NCBI GenBank assembly: GCA_030688545.1
Contig: JAUYHT010000002.1
Location: 120,001 to 152,000, forward strand
Reading direction: 5' to 3'
DNA length: 32,000 nt
Origin: Candidatus Iainarchaeum sp.
Lineage (GTDB): Archaea > Iainarchaeota > Iainarchaeia > Iainarchaeales > VGJJ01
Position 1 is the stretch's first letter; the number at the start of each line of letters is the position of its first letter. Below the pieces are notes generated by a model, which saw nothing but the letters and a program-made list of their open reading frames with translations, was not told the origin of the DNA and made no database searches. A program made the translations under genes and the position numbers. Positions 8,525-15,449 of this stretch are shown in pieces.

Positions 8525-8824
8525 CTATTCCATGACCATGAGATTCCCGAACTTCCCGGTGGACAACTGGAGCTGACCCTTGTATTCGGAGACCCATCCA
8601 TTCTCGATGCGGATTTTGTTGCCCTCATTAACCTGGTCGATTTGTTCATTCCAGAGGGACACCTGCACTTCCCCCGTATCATCCTTGGCGGCCACATTGC
8701 AGACCTTTCCGGATCCTTTGGCGGAAGCGAATTCTCTGGATTCCCCCTTGGAAACCACTTCCAGCTCGATAAATATATTCCCCATGCGCGGGCGCAATTG
8801 GCTCACCTTCATCAACTCAGGCAT
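8525..8824 (-). CDS. Single OB-fold nucleic-acid-binding protein (SSB/RPA-like)
   Basis: MPELMKVSQLRPRMGNIFIELEVVSKGESREF...GEVQVSLWNEQIDQVNEGNKIRIENGWVSEYKGQLQLSTGKFGNL is the classic short archaeal OB-fold pattern. ATG 8824 is preceded by GAGGGAG. The longer track ORF runs into the divergent promoter. Confidence 0.75.
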   Translation of the reverse strand: MPELMKVSQLRPRMGNIFIELEVVSKGESREFASAKGSGKVCNVAAKDDTGEVQVSLWNEQIDQVNEGNKIRIENGWVSEYKGQLQLSTGKFGNLMVME

Positions 8825-8974
8825 CTCAAACTCCCTCTTGGTACGGTTGATAATTCCACAGCACCTAATATCCCATTCCCTTAAAAAAGAATGGAGGGGA
8901 ACGTTCCAAAAAGGGTTTAAATGGAGAAAGGACCCCTCTATGGTATATTCCATTTTTGGATGAGGTGATGCAAC

Positions 8975-9520
8975 ATGAGTATAGTGGGACAAAAAGCCCC
9001 CGAATTCAAGAGCGAGGCCTATGTGGATGGGCATTTCAAGCCCATCAGCCTATCCGACTACAAGGGAAAATGGGTGGTGCTCTTTTTCTATCCCGAGGAC
9101 TTCACATTCGTTTGTCCCACCGAAATACGGGGTTTCGCCAAAAAAGAAGAGGAATTCAAGAAATTGAACGCCGTGGTGATCGGGGCGAGCACCGATTCCA
9201 AGCACTCCCATAAAGCCTGGGTGGAAAGGGACATGCCAGAAGTCAAATTTCCCCTCCTCGCGGACACCCGACACTCCATCTCACGGGATTTTCGAGTATT
9301 GAAAGAGGACCAGGGAATCGCCTACCGGGGATTGTTTCTCATCGACCCGGAGGGGTATGTCCGGTATGAAGTGGTGTCTGATCTGGACGTAGGGAGAAGC
9401 GTGAAAGAAACATTACGCGTGCTCCAAGCCTTCCAAACCGGGGGTTTGTGTGAAATAGATTGGGAACCCGGGAAGGAAACACTGGACAAAAAAGCCAAGG
9501 CAACTGTCCCCGGGAAGTGA
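8975..9520 (+). CDS. Peroxiredoxin (typical 2-Cys Prx/AhpC family)
   Basis: Peroxidatic motif DFTFVCPTE, with a resolving Cys in GGLCEIDW. A strong SD (GAGGTGAT) lies just upstream of ATG 8975. Confidence 0.93.
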   Translation: MSIVGQKAPEFKSEAYVDGHFKPISLSDYKGKWVVLFFYPEDFTFVCPTEIRGFAKKEEEFKKLNAVVIGASTDSKHSHKAWVERDMPEVKFPLLADTRHSISRDFRVLKEDQGIAYRGLFLIDPEGYVRYEVVSDLDVGRSVKETLRVLQAFQTGGLCEIDWEPGKETLDKKAKATVPGK

Positions 9521-9582
9521 GGGGGTTTTTCCCCTTATTCCTTCCTCATTCTTTTTTATTCTCGAAAAAATTGTCTAGCACC

Positions 9583-10434
9583 ATGCGCTGGTACAAGCCC
9601 CTCCTTTTTCCTTTCGCTTCCCGGTTCATCGCGGGGGAAACCCTGCATGAGGCATTGGTATATGGTCAGCGTCGCCGAAAAGAAGGAATTACTCCTTTAT
9701 TCGATGTCCTGGGGGAAGCCGCCACCCGGAAATCGGAGATCGTTCGGGCGACCAACGATTATATGAATGTCATCGAAGGCATGCACGACGCCAAAATTCA
9801 GGGGGGATTGTCTCTCAAACTAACCAGCTTCGGATTGGATGAGGATAAGGAATTATGCTTCCGCGCCGTCCATCGGATTGTGCGCCATGCGCATGCCCAC
9901 CGCATCCTCGTGTGGGTTGATATGGAGTCGTCCGCCCACACGAAGGCCACGCTCTCCATCTACCGCCGCCTCCTCGAGCATCATGACAATGTGGGGATAT
10001 GCATCCAGGCGTATCTCAAGCGTTCCAAGCGGGATATCCTCTCCCTCCTCCCCGACAACCCTAAAATCAGGCTGGTGAAAGGAGCGTATACTGAGTCTGC
10101 CAGCGTGGCCTATACCCGCCACCCGGAGGTGGTGAATCATTTCAAGGCACTCATCACCTTATGCATCGAGAAAAAGGTCTGGTTGGCCGTGGCCACGCAT
10201 GATATGACCATCATCAACCACACCCTCTCCCTCGCGGGGAAGACTAAAAACCATTTGGAATTCCAGATGCTCAAAGGCATCAAGGACCGCGAGAAAAAAG
10301 TCCTTTCCGAGGCCGGATACAGGGTGGCGGAATACATCCCTTTCGGAAAAGAATGGGATCGCTATTTTTTCCGTCGCCTCCGGGAGGGATGGTACAGTTT
10401 ATTGTGGATGCTCGTGAGCAGCCTGACTGGTTGA
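9583..10434 (+). CDS. Proline dehydrogenase family protein
   Basis: SRFIAGETLHEAL, DVLGE, SLKLTSFGL, VWVDMESS, RLVKGAY and LKGI follow the Pro_dh TIM-barrel family pattern. ATG 9583 is chosen because track start 9460 lies inside the peroxiredoxin gene. Confidence 0.8.
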   Translation: MRWYKPLLFPFASRFIAGETLHEALVYGQRRRKEGITPLFDVLGEAATRKSEIVRATNDYMNVIEGMHDAKIQGGLSLKLTSFGLDEDKELCFRAVHRIVRHAHAHRILVWVDMESSAHTKATLSIYRRLLEHHDNVGICIQAYLKRSKRDILSLLPDNPKIRLVKGAYTESASVAYTRHPEVVNHFKALITLCIEKKVWLAVATHDMTIINHTLSLAGKTKNHLEFQMLKGIKDREKKVLSEAGYRVAEYIPFGKEWDRYFFRRLREGWYSLLWMLVSSLTG

Positions 10435-10507
10435 CACAAAAAAAAGAAACCCATCACGGGTTCATTGCTTGGAATTCAGTGAGAGAATCCCTCAAGCAAC
10501 CGGGGGT

Positions 10508-10838
10508 GGTCCAGGAGAATAATACAATTATTCTCGTGTCCTTGGAGTGCACACCCGAAAGCGTGCGGCCGATCGAACACCCGAAAACATACACACGTCA
10601 ATGAGCCGTTTCGGCCGCCAAGAGGGTGTAACCCTCCCTCGTCCATCGGGACGCACGATCGAAAGCGCTTCGGAACAAATTCAATCGTTTTTGGCCGCCG
10701 GGGGATTGAAGAATCCCCCTCGTCCCTCGGAGCGCACGTTCGGTTTTTTCGCTGTTTCTTCAGGGGTATCAGAGATACCCCGGGTTCGGGGCGGCCGATC
10801 GAAAGCGGCCATCGAAATCGTGCCGAGGAAGCGTGCGG
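10508..10838. repeat. Array of four imperfect tandem units (starts near 10508, 10613, 10693 and 10762), each a perfect variable hairpin plus a conserved block; candidate structured ncRNA(s)
   Basis: Hairpins at 10515-10535, 10622-10636, 10700-10719 and 10763-10781. Conserved blocks are GGCCGCC, CCTCGTCCNTCGGNNCGCACGNTCG and GATCGAAAG. T5 and T6 runs occur at 10688-10692 and 10744-10749. See finding. Confidence 0.6.
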
Positions 10839-11930
10839 TTAGAGATAATCTATCCCCATTCCATCCCGCGCGGGCCCGGCGTAGCGGGGAGTGACGCCGC
10901 GGACATGGGTGGGCTGCTTGCTCGCCGAAATGAAAGGGCTCCTCACCCCCGTGAACACCGTGATAACCTCAATCTTGTTCTCGAAGGAAGGATTGATCCG
11001 CGCGCCCCAGATAACCGTGGCGTTGTTGTCCAACTGCTCGGTGAGCATCTCCCCTATTTTGTTAGCTTCTCCCAGGGTGAGCTCATACCCCCCCGTAATA
11101 TGGATGAGTGCGCCTTTGGCACCGGCGATGTCCACATCCAGGAGTGTGTTATTCAGGGTGTCGGCGACCGCCTCTTCCACACGGTTGACGGATTTGCTCT
11201 CCCCCACCGCGATCATGGACAACCCGTGTCCCGTCATGATGCTCCGCACATCCGCAAAATCCAGATTGATCAAGGATGGTTGAGTAATGGTTTCGGTGAT
11301 CCCGGACACGACCCGGGCGATAAGCTCATCCGCCACCCGGAAGGCGTCCTGGATGGGCAGATTGGGCACCAACTCGGCGAGGCGATTGTTATCGATAACG
11401 ATTACGGTATCGCAAATTCCTGCGAGACGCTGAATCCCTTCTTCCGCCTTAATGGTGCGCGCCCGCTCGAGGGCAAACGGATATGTAACCATGGCAATAA
11501 CGATGGCCCCCTGCTCCTTGGCAATCTGGGCGATGACAGGGGCGCTCCCCGTTCCCGTGCCCCCACCCATGCCCGCGGAGATAAACAGCATGTCCACCCC
11601 CCGCATGACGGATTCCAGATCGGCTTTGCTTACCTCGGCCGCCTTCTCCCCCACTTCAGGATAGCCGCCGGCCCCTAAACCCCGGGTGACGGATTTTCCT
11701 ATGAGAATCTTGGTTATGTTGTCGTTGATAATGGATAAATGTTGCTTATCCGTATTCACGGCCACCAATTGGGCGCCCGCGATATTCATGCTCGCCAGGC
11801 GGTTGACCGCATTACACCCCGCGCCCCCGGCGCCAATAACCATAATTTTGGGTACGGAAAATTCCTCGATCCGGCCCCCATCCGACTCTTGCTGCTTCTG
11901 CTTGACGGCTTCATCAATCATTGAACGCAT
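10839..11930 (-). CDS. ftsZ: Cell division GTPase FtsZ
   Basis: IMVIGAGGAGCNAVNRL and the tubulin signature GMGGGTGTGSAPVIA, with NTD...L and VIDN motifs. Confidence 0.95.
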   Translation of the reverse strand: MRSMIDEAVKQKQQESDGGRIEEFSVPKIMVIGAGGAGCNAVNRLASMNIAGAQLVAVNTDKQHLSIINDNITKILIGKSVTRGLGAGGYPEVGEKAAEVSKADLESVMRGVDMLFISAGMGGGTGTGSAPVIAQIAKEQGAIVIAMVTYPFALERARTIKAEEGIQRLAGICDTVIVIDNNRLAELVPNLPIQDAFRVADELIARVVSGITETITQPSLINLDFADVRSIMTGHGLSMIAVGESKSVNRVEEAVADTLNNTLLDVDIAGAKGALIHITGGYELTLGEANKIGEMLTEQLDNNATVIWGARINPSFENKIEVITVFTGVRSPFISASKQPTHVRGVTPRYAGPARDGMGIDYL

Positions 11931-12103
11931 GTTTTTTCACCCCTCGTCCCCATACTTCCCCTTGGTAAATGGAAAGATCTGTGCTCACTATACGGGGACC
12001 CGAATTAATAAACATGTGCGGCAATCGTCGCAAGGGGAGCAGACGATCCTCAAAACACATTATGTGGAAATGGGGAAGTGGTGTCAAAAAACGGGCGCTT
12101 CCG

Positions 12104-12916
12104 CTACTCAACCTCCACGCGTGCCATCTTCCCTTTCTGGATGTCGGAAGAGGGCCAATACACGGCAAAAGAAAACGACTCGTCCGCGATGAAGGAAACC
12201 TCCCCCACCTGTCCAGGGGAAAGGTTGCCCGTGGTAAAAATGAACGCATCGATGTCCCTCGCTTTCCCGGCGGGCGCCCGAATAACGGCGCCTCCGAAGG
12301 AGACGTTGGAGGTGGCCACCGAAATGGTGAATGTCACCGCATCCCCTTTCTGGACCACGAATACTTGTTCTCCAAGGACGCCGGAATCATTCACCGTGAA
12401 GAAAAAAGCCTTTACTTCCGGGGAAGGAAGTGGGGGTGGCTCAGCCGCCGCATTGGAGGAATCGCGCTGGATACTCGCCACGAATTCCCCTGTGCAGGTT
12501 TCGGTGGTCAAGTCATAGGCATCGAATAACCCTTCGTCGTCCCGCACCAGCACGCACGTGGCGGTTTGCCCGGCATACCGGGAGGTGGAATTATTATCGA
12601 TGTACAGGCGAACCCGGCAGGTATCCTCCTCCGTTAAATTTAGCACTTCAAAGTTTAGGGGTTCGCCATCCGAAGTATACCAAAATGTGGCCGTGGCTTT
12701 CCCGCACGAAGCAAGAACGTTCTCAAAGCATTCTTCATTGGCTTCCAAGTCCTCGGAGATGCAAAACGTAATGGAGGGACCCGGGCCGGGAGAAAACCCT
12801 TCATTCAATGGAGGAGGAGGAATAGCTTGAGTCGAATCGGTGGCCGGTGGTGGGGAAGTACACCCCACCAAAAGAATCACGAGACCCAAACCTATTGCCC
12901 AGTGAGAGAAATCCAT
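12104..12916 (-). CDS. Secreted/lipobox-bearing hypothetical protein with Pro-rich linkers and a possible C-terminal cupredoxin-like beta-sandwich
   Basis: Signal peptide with a lipobox-like LLVGC, then a PPPATDSTQAIPPPP linker, a Cys-containing middle domain, and a C-terminal FFFTVNDSG...VVQKGDAVTFTI pattern. The fold call is weak. Confidence 0.65.
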   Translation of the reverse strand: MDFSHWAIGLGLVILLVGCTSPPPATDSTQAIPPPPLNEGFSPGPGPSITFCISEDLEANEECFENVLASCGKATATFWYTSDGEPLNFEVLNLTEEDTCRVRLYIDNNSTSRYAGQTATCVLVRDDEGLFDAYDLTTETCTGEFVASIQRDSSNAAAEPPPLPSPEVKAFFFTVNDSGVLGEQVFVVQKGDAVTFTISVATSNVSFGGAVIRAPAGKARDIDAFIFTTGNLSPGQVGEVSFIADESFSFAVYWPSSDIQKGKMARVEVE

Positions 12917-12997
12917 AGGCCAAAGCGGGTATCCAAAGATATAAACCTAATGCCTATTTCCCCATGGTATTAAATTCCCCCCGACCGTGCCATCCAT

Positions 12998-13708
12998 ATG
13001 GTACTCAGCTGGATCAGAAAATGGATCACTAAAAAGGATTCTAATAAACCTGTTGGGGAAAATGACCTTCCACCCAGTGGTTTGGAAACACCTGAAAAAG
13101 AATTTCTGGATGACGAAATAAAAGAAGGGTCATCCGAAATCATGGACTCGCCTGAAATCCCCCCGCTCTCTTTACCCCGGAAGAGTAATGCCTCAAAACT
13201 CATCGAGGCCGCGCTGTTCATGTCCGCGAAGGGATTGAATGTGGAGGAGTTAAGCAAGGTCACCGGCCGACCCATCCTCGAGACGCGGGGGCTCATCCCT
13301 GGAATCATTGAGGGATTCAATGCGCAGGATACAGCATTGGAGATTGTGGAAGATACCGGGGGTTATCGAATGAAGGTCCGCGCACCCTTTGATGAGAAAG
13401 TCACGCATTTAGCGGGGGGAAGTGAATTGAATCCGGGAGAAATGAAAACGCTGGCCTTCATCGCCTACAAACAACCCTTGCTCCAGAGTAAATTAGTTCA
13501 GGTTCGGAGCAACACCGCGTATGAACATCTGCAAGTACTGGTTGAAAAAGGATTCGTGTCGCGCGAACCTAAGGGAAGATCCTATGTCTTGCGCACCACC
13601 AAAAAATTCTCCGAATACTTCGGCACGCACGCCCTGAAAGTCACGCCCATGAAATCCTTACAGACAGAAGGAAAAATAGACCACTCCCAAGCCGAAGAAT
13701 TATCGTGA
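12998..13708 (+). CDS. scpB: Segregation and condensation protein B (ScpB) with an N-terminal acidic extension
   Basis: LIEAALFMSAKGLNVEELSKVTG...EIVEDTGGYRMKV...GEMKTLAFIAYKQPLLQSKLVQVRSNTAYEHLQVLVEKGFV is the tandem winged-helix ScpB pattern. Confidence 0.85.
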   Translation: MVLSWIRKWITKKDSNKPVGENDLPPSGLETPEKEFLDDEIKEGSSEIMDSPEIPPLSLPRKSNASKLIEAALFMSAKGLNVEELSKVTGRPILETRGLIPGIIEGFNAQDTALEIVEDTGGYRMKVRAPFDEKVTHLAGGSELNPGEMKTLAFIAYKQPLLQSKLVQVRSNTAYEHLQVLVEKGFVSREPKGRSYVLRTTKKFSEYFGTHALKVTPMKSLQTEGKIDHSQAEELS

Positions 13709-13762
13709 TCCCCCCTGAAATTTTTCCCTACCTTTTTCAACTGATCGCATTCCTACCAGCGC

Positions 13763-14092
13763 ATGGTGTCCTACCGAATATTCGAGTTTTCGTGGTTTCA
13801 ACGCCAATTTTCTTTTCTTCCATTATGGGAGAAGATGCGGGTCGAACGGTTTATTCTCCAAATTGCTAAAAATGGGCCATTCATTGGAAAATCTATCCGG
13901 TATCCTTTTTTCCGTGAAAAAAAATTCAATGGAAAACGATTATATTTTTTGGTCTATGAGGAATGGCACGCCATCCTATTAGCAGATATCAGTGACAAGA
14001 AAGGACAGCCCGAGACTATCCATCGAATTGTTTTCCAACTTGAAGCGCTGAAGAATTTCGTCGGTAAAAAAATTAACGAGTATCAGGAATAG
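13763..14092 (+). CDS. RelE/ParE-superfamily (Gp49/HigB-like) toxin-like protein
   Basis: FREKKFNGKRLYFLVYEEWHAILLADISDKKGQPETIHRI resembles the Gp49-like core (..yRifYf....vvLLhgf.KKtqktp..ei). The assignment is from pattern memory only. Confidence 0.45.
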   Translation: MVSYRIFEFSWFQRQFSFLPLWEKMRVERFILQIAKNGPFIGKSIRYPFFREKKFNGKRLYFLVYEEWHAILLADISDKKGQPETIHRIVFQLEALKNFVGKKINEYQE

Positions 14093-14222
14093 TGCGGGGT
14101 TTCCAAGGATAAATACGCCCTTTTCGGATATCCTCAAATACATGTTGAAAATCGTCTAATAAGGAATCGTCCTTTTCAACGGATTTGGATTTTTCCAACT
14201 CGCCTGTTTTCGTATGGGCCAT
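14073..14222 (-). CDS. Unannotated 49-aa ORF (MAHTKTGELEKSKSVEKDDSLLDDFQHVFEDIRKGRIYPWKPRTIPDTR)
   Basis: Hand-translated, since it is below the track's 60-aa cutoff. ATG 14222 lies 27 nt downstream of the centre of GTTTATAAT (14245-14253, minus strand), which is leaderless-promoter geometry. The 3' end overlaps the toxin-like gene by 20 nt. Confidence 0.35.
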   Translation of the reverse strand: MAHTKTGELEKSKSVEKDDSLLDDFQHVFEDIRKGRIYPWKPRTIPDTR

Positions 14223-14272
14223 ACTTCAAATAGGCCCCTGGAAGATTATAAACCTATCAATAATTTTGAGTA

Positions 14273-14932
14273 TCAAAATAGCTTCTTCTGGAACAACGCA
14301 TCCACCAGCCGGACATTGGTTCCCCACTTCTGCCGGGCACACGCGGGAAGGGATTGGTGGCGAGCGAGATATTCTTGAAGAAATTTAATCGTGCGGGCAT
14401 CGTGGGGGTAGCCTGAGCCAATGTCCCCGAAGGAATGGAATTCTTCCTGCAATACTTTGATGGCCGCATCTCGTTCTACCTTCGCTAAAATGGAAGCGGC
14501 CGAGACGATGGGATAATTCACATCCGCCTTGTGCTCGGCAATGATTTTAGTGGGATAAGAAAGATAGCTGCGGATGCGCCGAGCAAAATGGGACGCTAAA
14601 GGATCGGGTGAATCCACATACACCAAATCGGGTTTGTCAGGGAGGTTATTGAGCAGGTGCCCGGCCTTCATGGCCTCAATCTCATTCAATGAGAGACGAT
14701 CCATGAGGATATCCATCTCACCCGGGAAAAGGGAAATAGTGGCATGGTGGTGCAATTGTTTTTGGAGCAAGGGGTACAGGCGCTCCCGTTCACTTACGGG
14801 AACTTCCTTGGAGTCCTTCGCCCCCATCTCGCGCAATGACTCCTCGTAATCCGCATCGATAAGAGCAATGGCCAAAACCATGGGGCCAATGGCCGGTCCC
14901 CGGCCCGCTTCGTCAATGCCGGCAATGAGCAT
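14273..14932 (-). CDS. rnhB: Ribonuclease HII
   Basis: MLIAGIDEAGRGPAIGPMV, GAKDSK and SAASILAKVERD motifs. ATG 14932 is chosen; the track N-terminal extension overlaps the divergent promoter. Confidence 0.93.
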   Translation of the reverse strand: MLIAGIDEAGRGPAIGPMVLAIALIDADYEESLREMGAKDSKEVPVSERERLYPLLQKQLHHHATISLFPGEMDILMDRLSLNEIEAMKAGHLLNNLPDKPDLVYVDSPDPLASHFARRIRSYLSYPTKIIAEHKADVNYPIVSAASILAKVERDAAIKVLQEEFHSFGDIGSGYPHDARTIKFLQEYLARHQSLPACARQKWGTNVRLVDALFQKKLF

Positions 14933-14954
14933 AAAGAGGTGAAGGGCGGATGGG

Positions 14955-14976
14955 CCTATAAAGATTGCTTTAAAAG
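14955..14976. promoter_or_regulatory. Back-to-back TATA-like boxes for rnhB (-) and rpl35ae (+)
   Basis: CCTATAAAG (14955-14963) is centred about 27 nt from the rnhB ATG (14932). CTTTAAAAG (14968-14976) is centred about 27 nt from the rpl35ae ATG (14999). Both fit leaderless archaeal promoters. Confidence 0.5.
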
Positions 14977-14998
14977 ACTGTTTCCGAGGTTTTTGGGT

Positions 14999-15259
14999 AT
15001 GGATGGCATCATCAAGAACTACCGGCGCGGCCGGGACACCCAACACCCCACCCAATATATCATTGTGGTAGAAGGCCTGGATAAACGGGCGGAAGCGGCC
15101 AAGCTGGCGGGAAAGAAAGTGACCTGGAAGAGCGTGGGGAATACCATCATTTCAGGAAAGGTCATGGCCCCCCATGGCACCATCGGAGCGGTGCGGGTGA
15201 AGTTTGAGAGAGGACTCCCCGGACAAGCGATTGGGGGAAAGGTCAGTATTGCCCAGTAA
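14999..15259 (+). CDS. rpl35ae: Ribosomal protein L35Ae (eL33)
   Basis: 86 aa. MDGIIKNYRRGRDTQHPTQYIIVVEG...GKVMAPHGTIGAVRVKFERGLPGQAIG matches the L35Ae family pattern. This family is found only in archaea and eukaryotes. Confidence 0.9.
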   Translation: MDGIIKNYRRGRDTQHPTQYIIVVEGLDKRAEAAKLAGKKVTWKSVGNTIISGKVMAPHGTIGAVRVKFERGLPGQAIGGKVSIAQ

Positions 15260-15339
15260 AGGGACGCCAACCTATTTCCCTAAACACATTTTATTTTCTC
15301 GTCCGATCCATGTATCAGCCCATAATCCTGATCAGATGC

Positions 15340-15353
15340 CCCACGCGTGGGGG
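15340..15353. terminator. 14-nt perfect GC-rich palindrome CCCCACGCGTGGGG between convergent genes
   Basis: Read directly. It lies in the 190-bp gap between the rpl35ae and pheT 3' ends. The terminator or processing role is inference. Confidence 0.3.
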
Positions 15354-15449
15354 TTCTCATTATACATCGACACGAGCGTCCTGTGCCAACACTTATTCAG
15401 TGATGCGTTCAAGCAAGCAAGATATTAATTGATTTAATTTATTGTTATT

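Noticed and set aside
8193-8597. Full 134-aa track ORF containing the acidic tail
   Set aside because: The N-terminal 88 codons overlap the OB-fold gene's 3' end and have no recognisable features. The promoter and SD signals sit in front of the internal ATG at 8333, so only the 46-aa version is proposed.
10435-10838. Possibility that the gap encodes SRP (7S) RNA, RNase P RNA, a CRISPR array or a replication origin
   Set aside because: I could not find the SRP helix-8 GGAA/AGCA core. GAGGAAGCGTGCGG at 10826-10839 is only a loose resemblance, and GGGTGTAACCC only loosely resembles the Alu-domain UGUAAC. There is no RNase P P4 GAGGAAAGUCC. The units have irregular spacing (106, 80 and 70 nt) and no constant repeat with variable spacers, so this is not a CRISPR array. 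There is no A/T-rich unwinding element, ORB-like dyad or adjacent orc1/cdc6, so it does not look like an origin. A covariance-model scan is still needed.
10547-10894. 115-aa + strand ORF (and the 83-aa ORF at 10353-10604) covering the repeat array, with peptide-level repeats PRPSGRTIES / PRPSERTFG
   Set aside because: The peptide repeats simply mirror the DNA repeats. The variable segments are perfect inverted repeats with compensatory changes, which selection on a protein would not produce. The ORF also runs into the ftsZ 3' end on the opposite strand and has no start-site signals.
12024-12050. Inverted repeat ATCGTC-(12 nt)-GACGAT downstream of the lipoprotein gene
   Set aside because: It is a short 6-bp stem with a large loop in an ordinary 3' region. 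It is plausibly terminator-associated but not distinctive enough to report as a feature.
11969-12830. + strand ORFs of 186, 146, 113 and 90 aa opposite the lipoprotein gene, and the many 60-250-aa antisense ORFs inside kef, cysS, tyrS, ftsZ, pheST and polX
   Set aside because: All are shadow frames of confidently identified genes, with Arg/Gly/Pro/Ser-rich or low-complexity translations and no independent signals.
15260-15449. Possible C/D-box sRNA (GTGATGC at about 15400, CTGATC at about 15329) in the rpl35ae/pheT gap
   Set aside because: The box order and spacing do not give a C...D'...C'...D arrangement on either strand, and the C box is imperfect. Only the CCCCACGCGTGGGG palindrome is reported.
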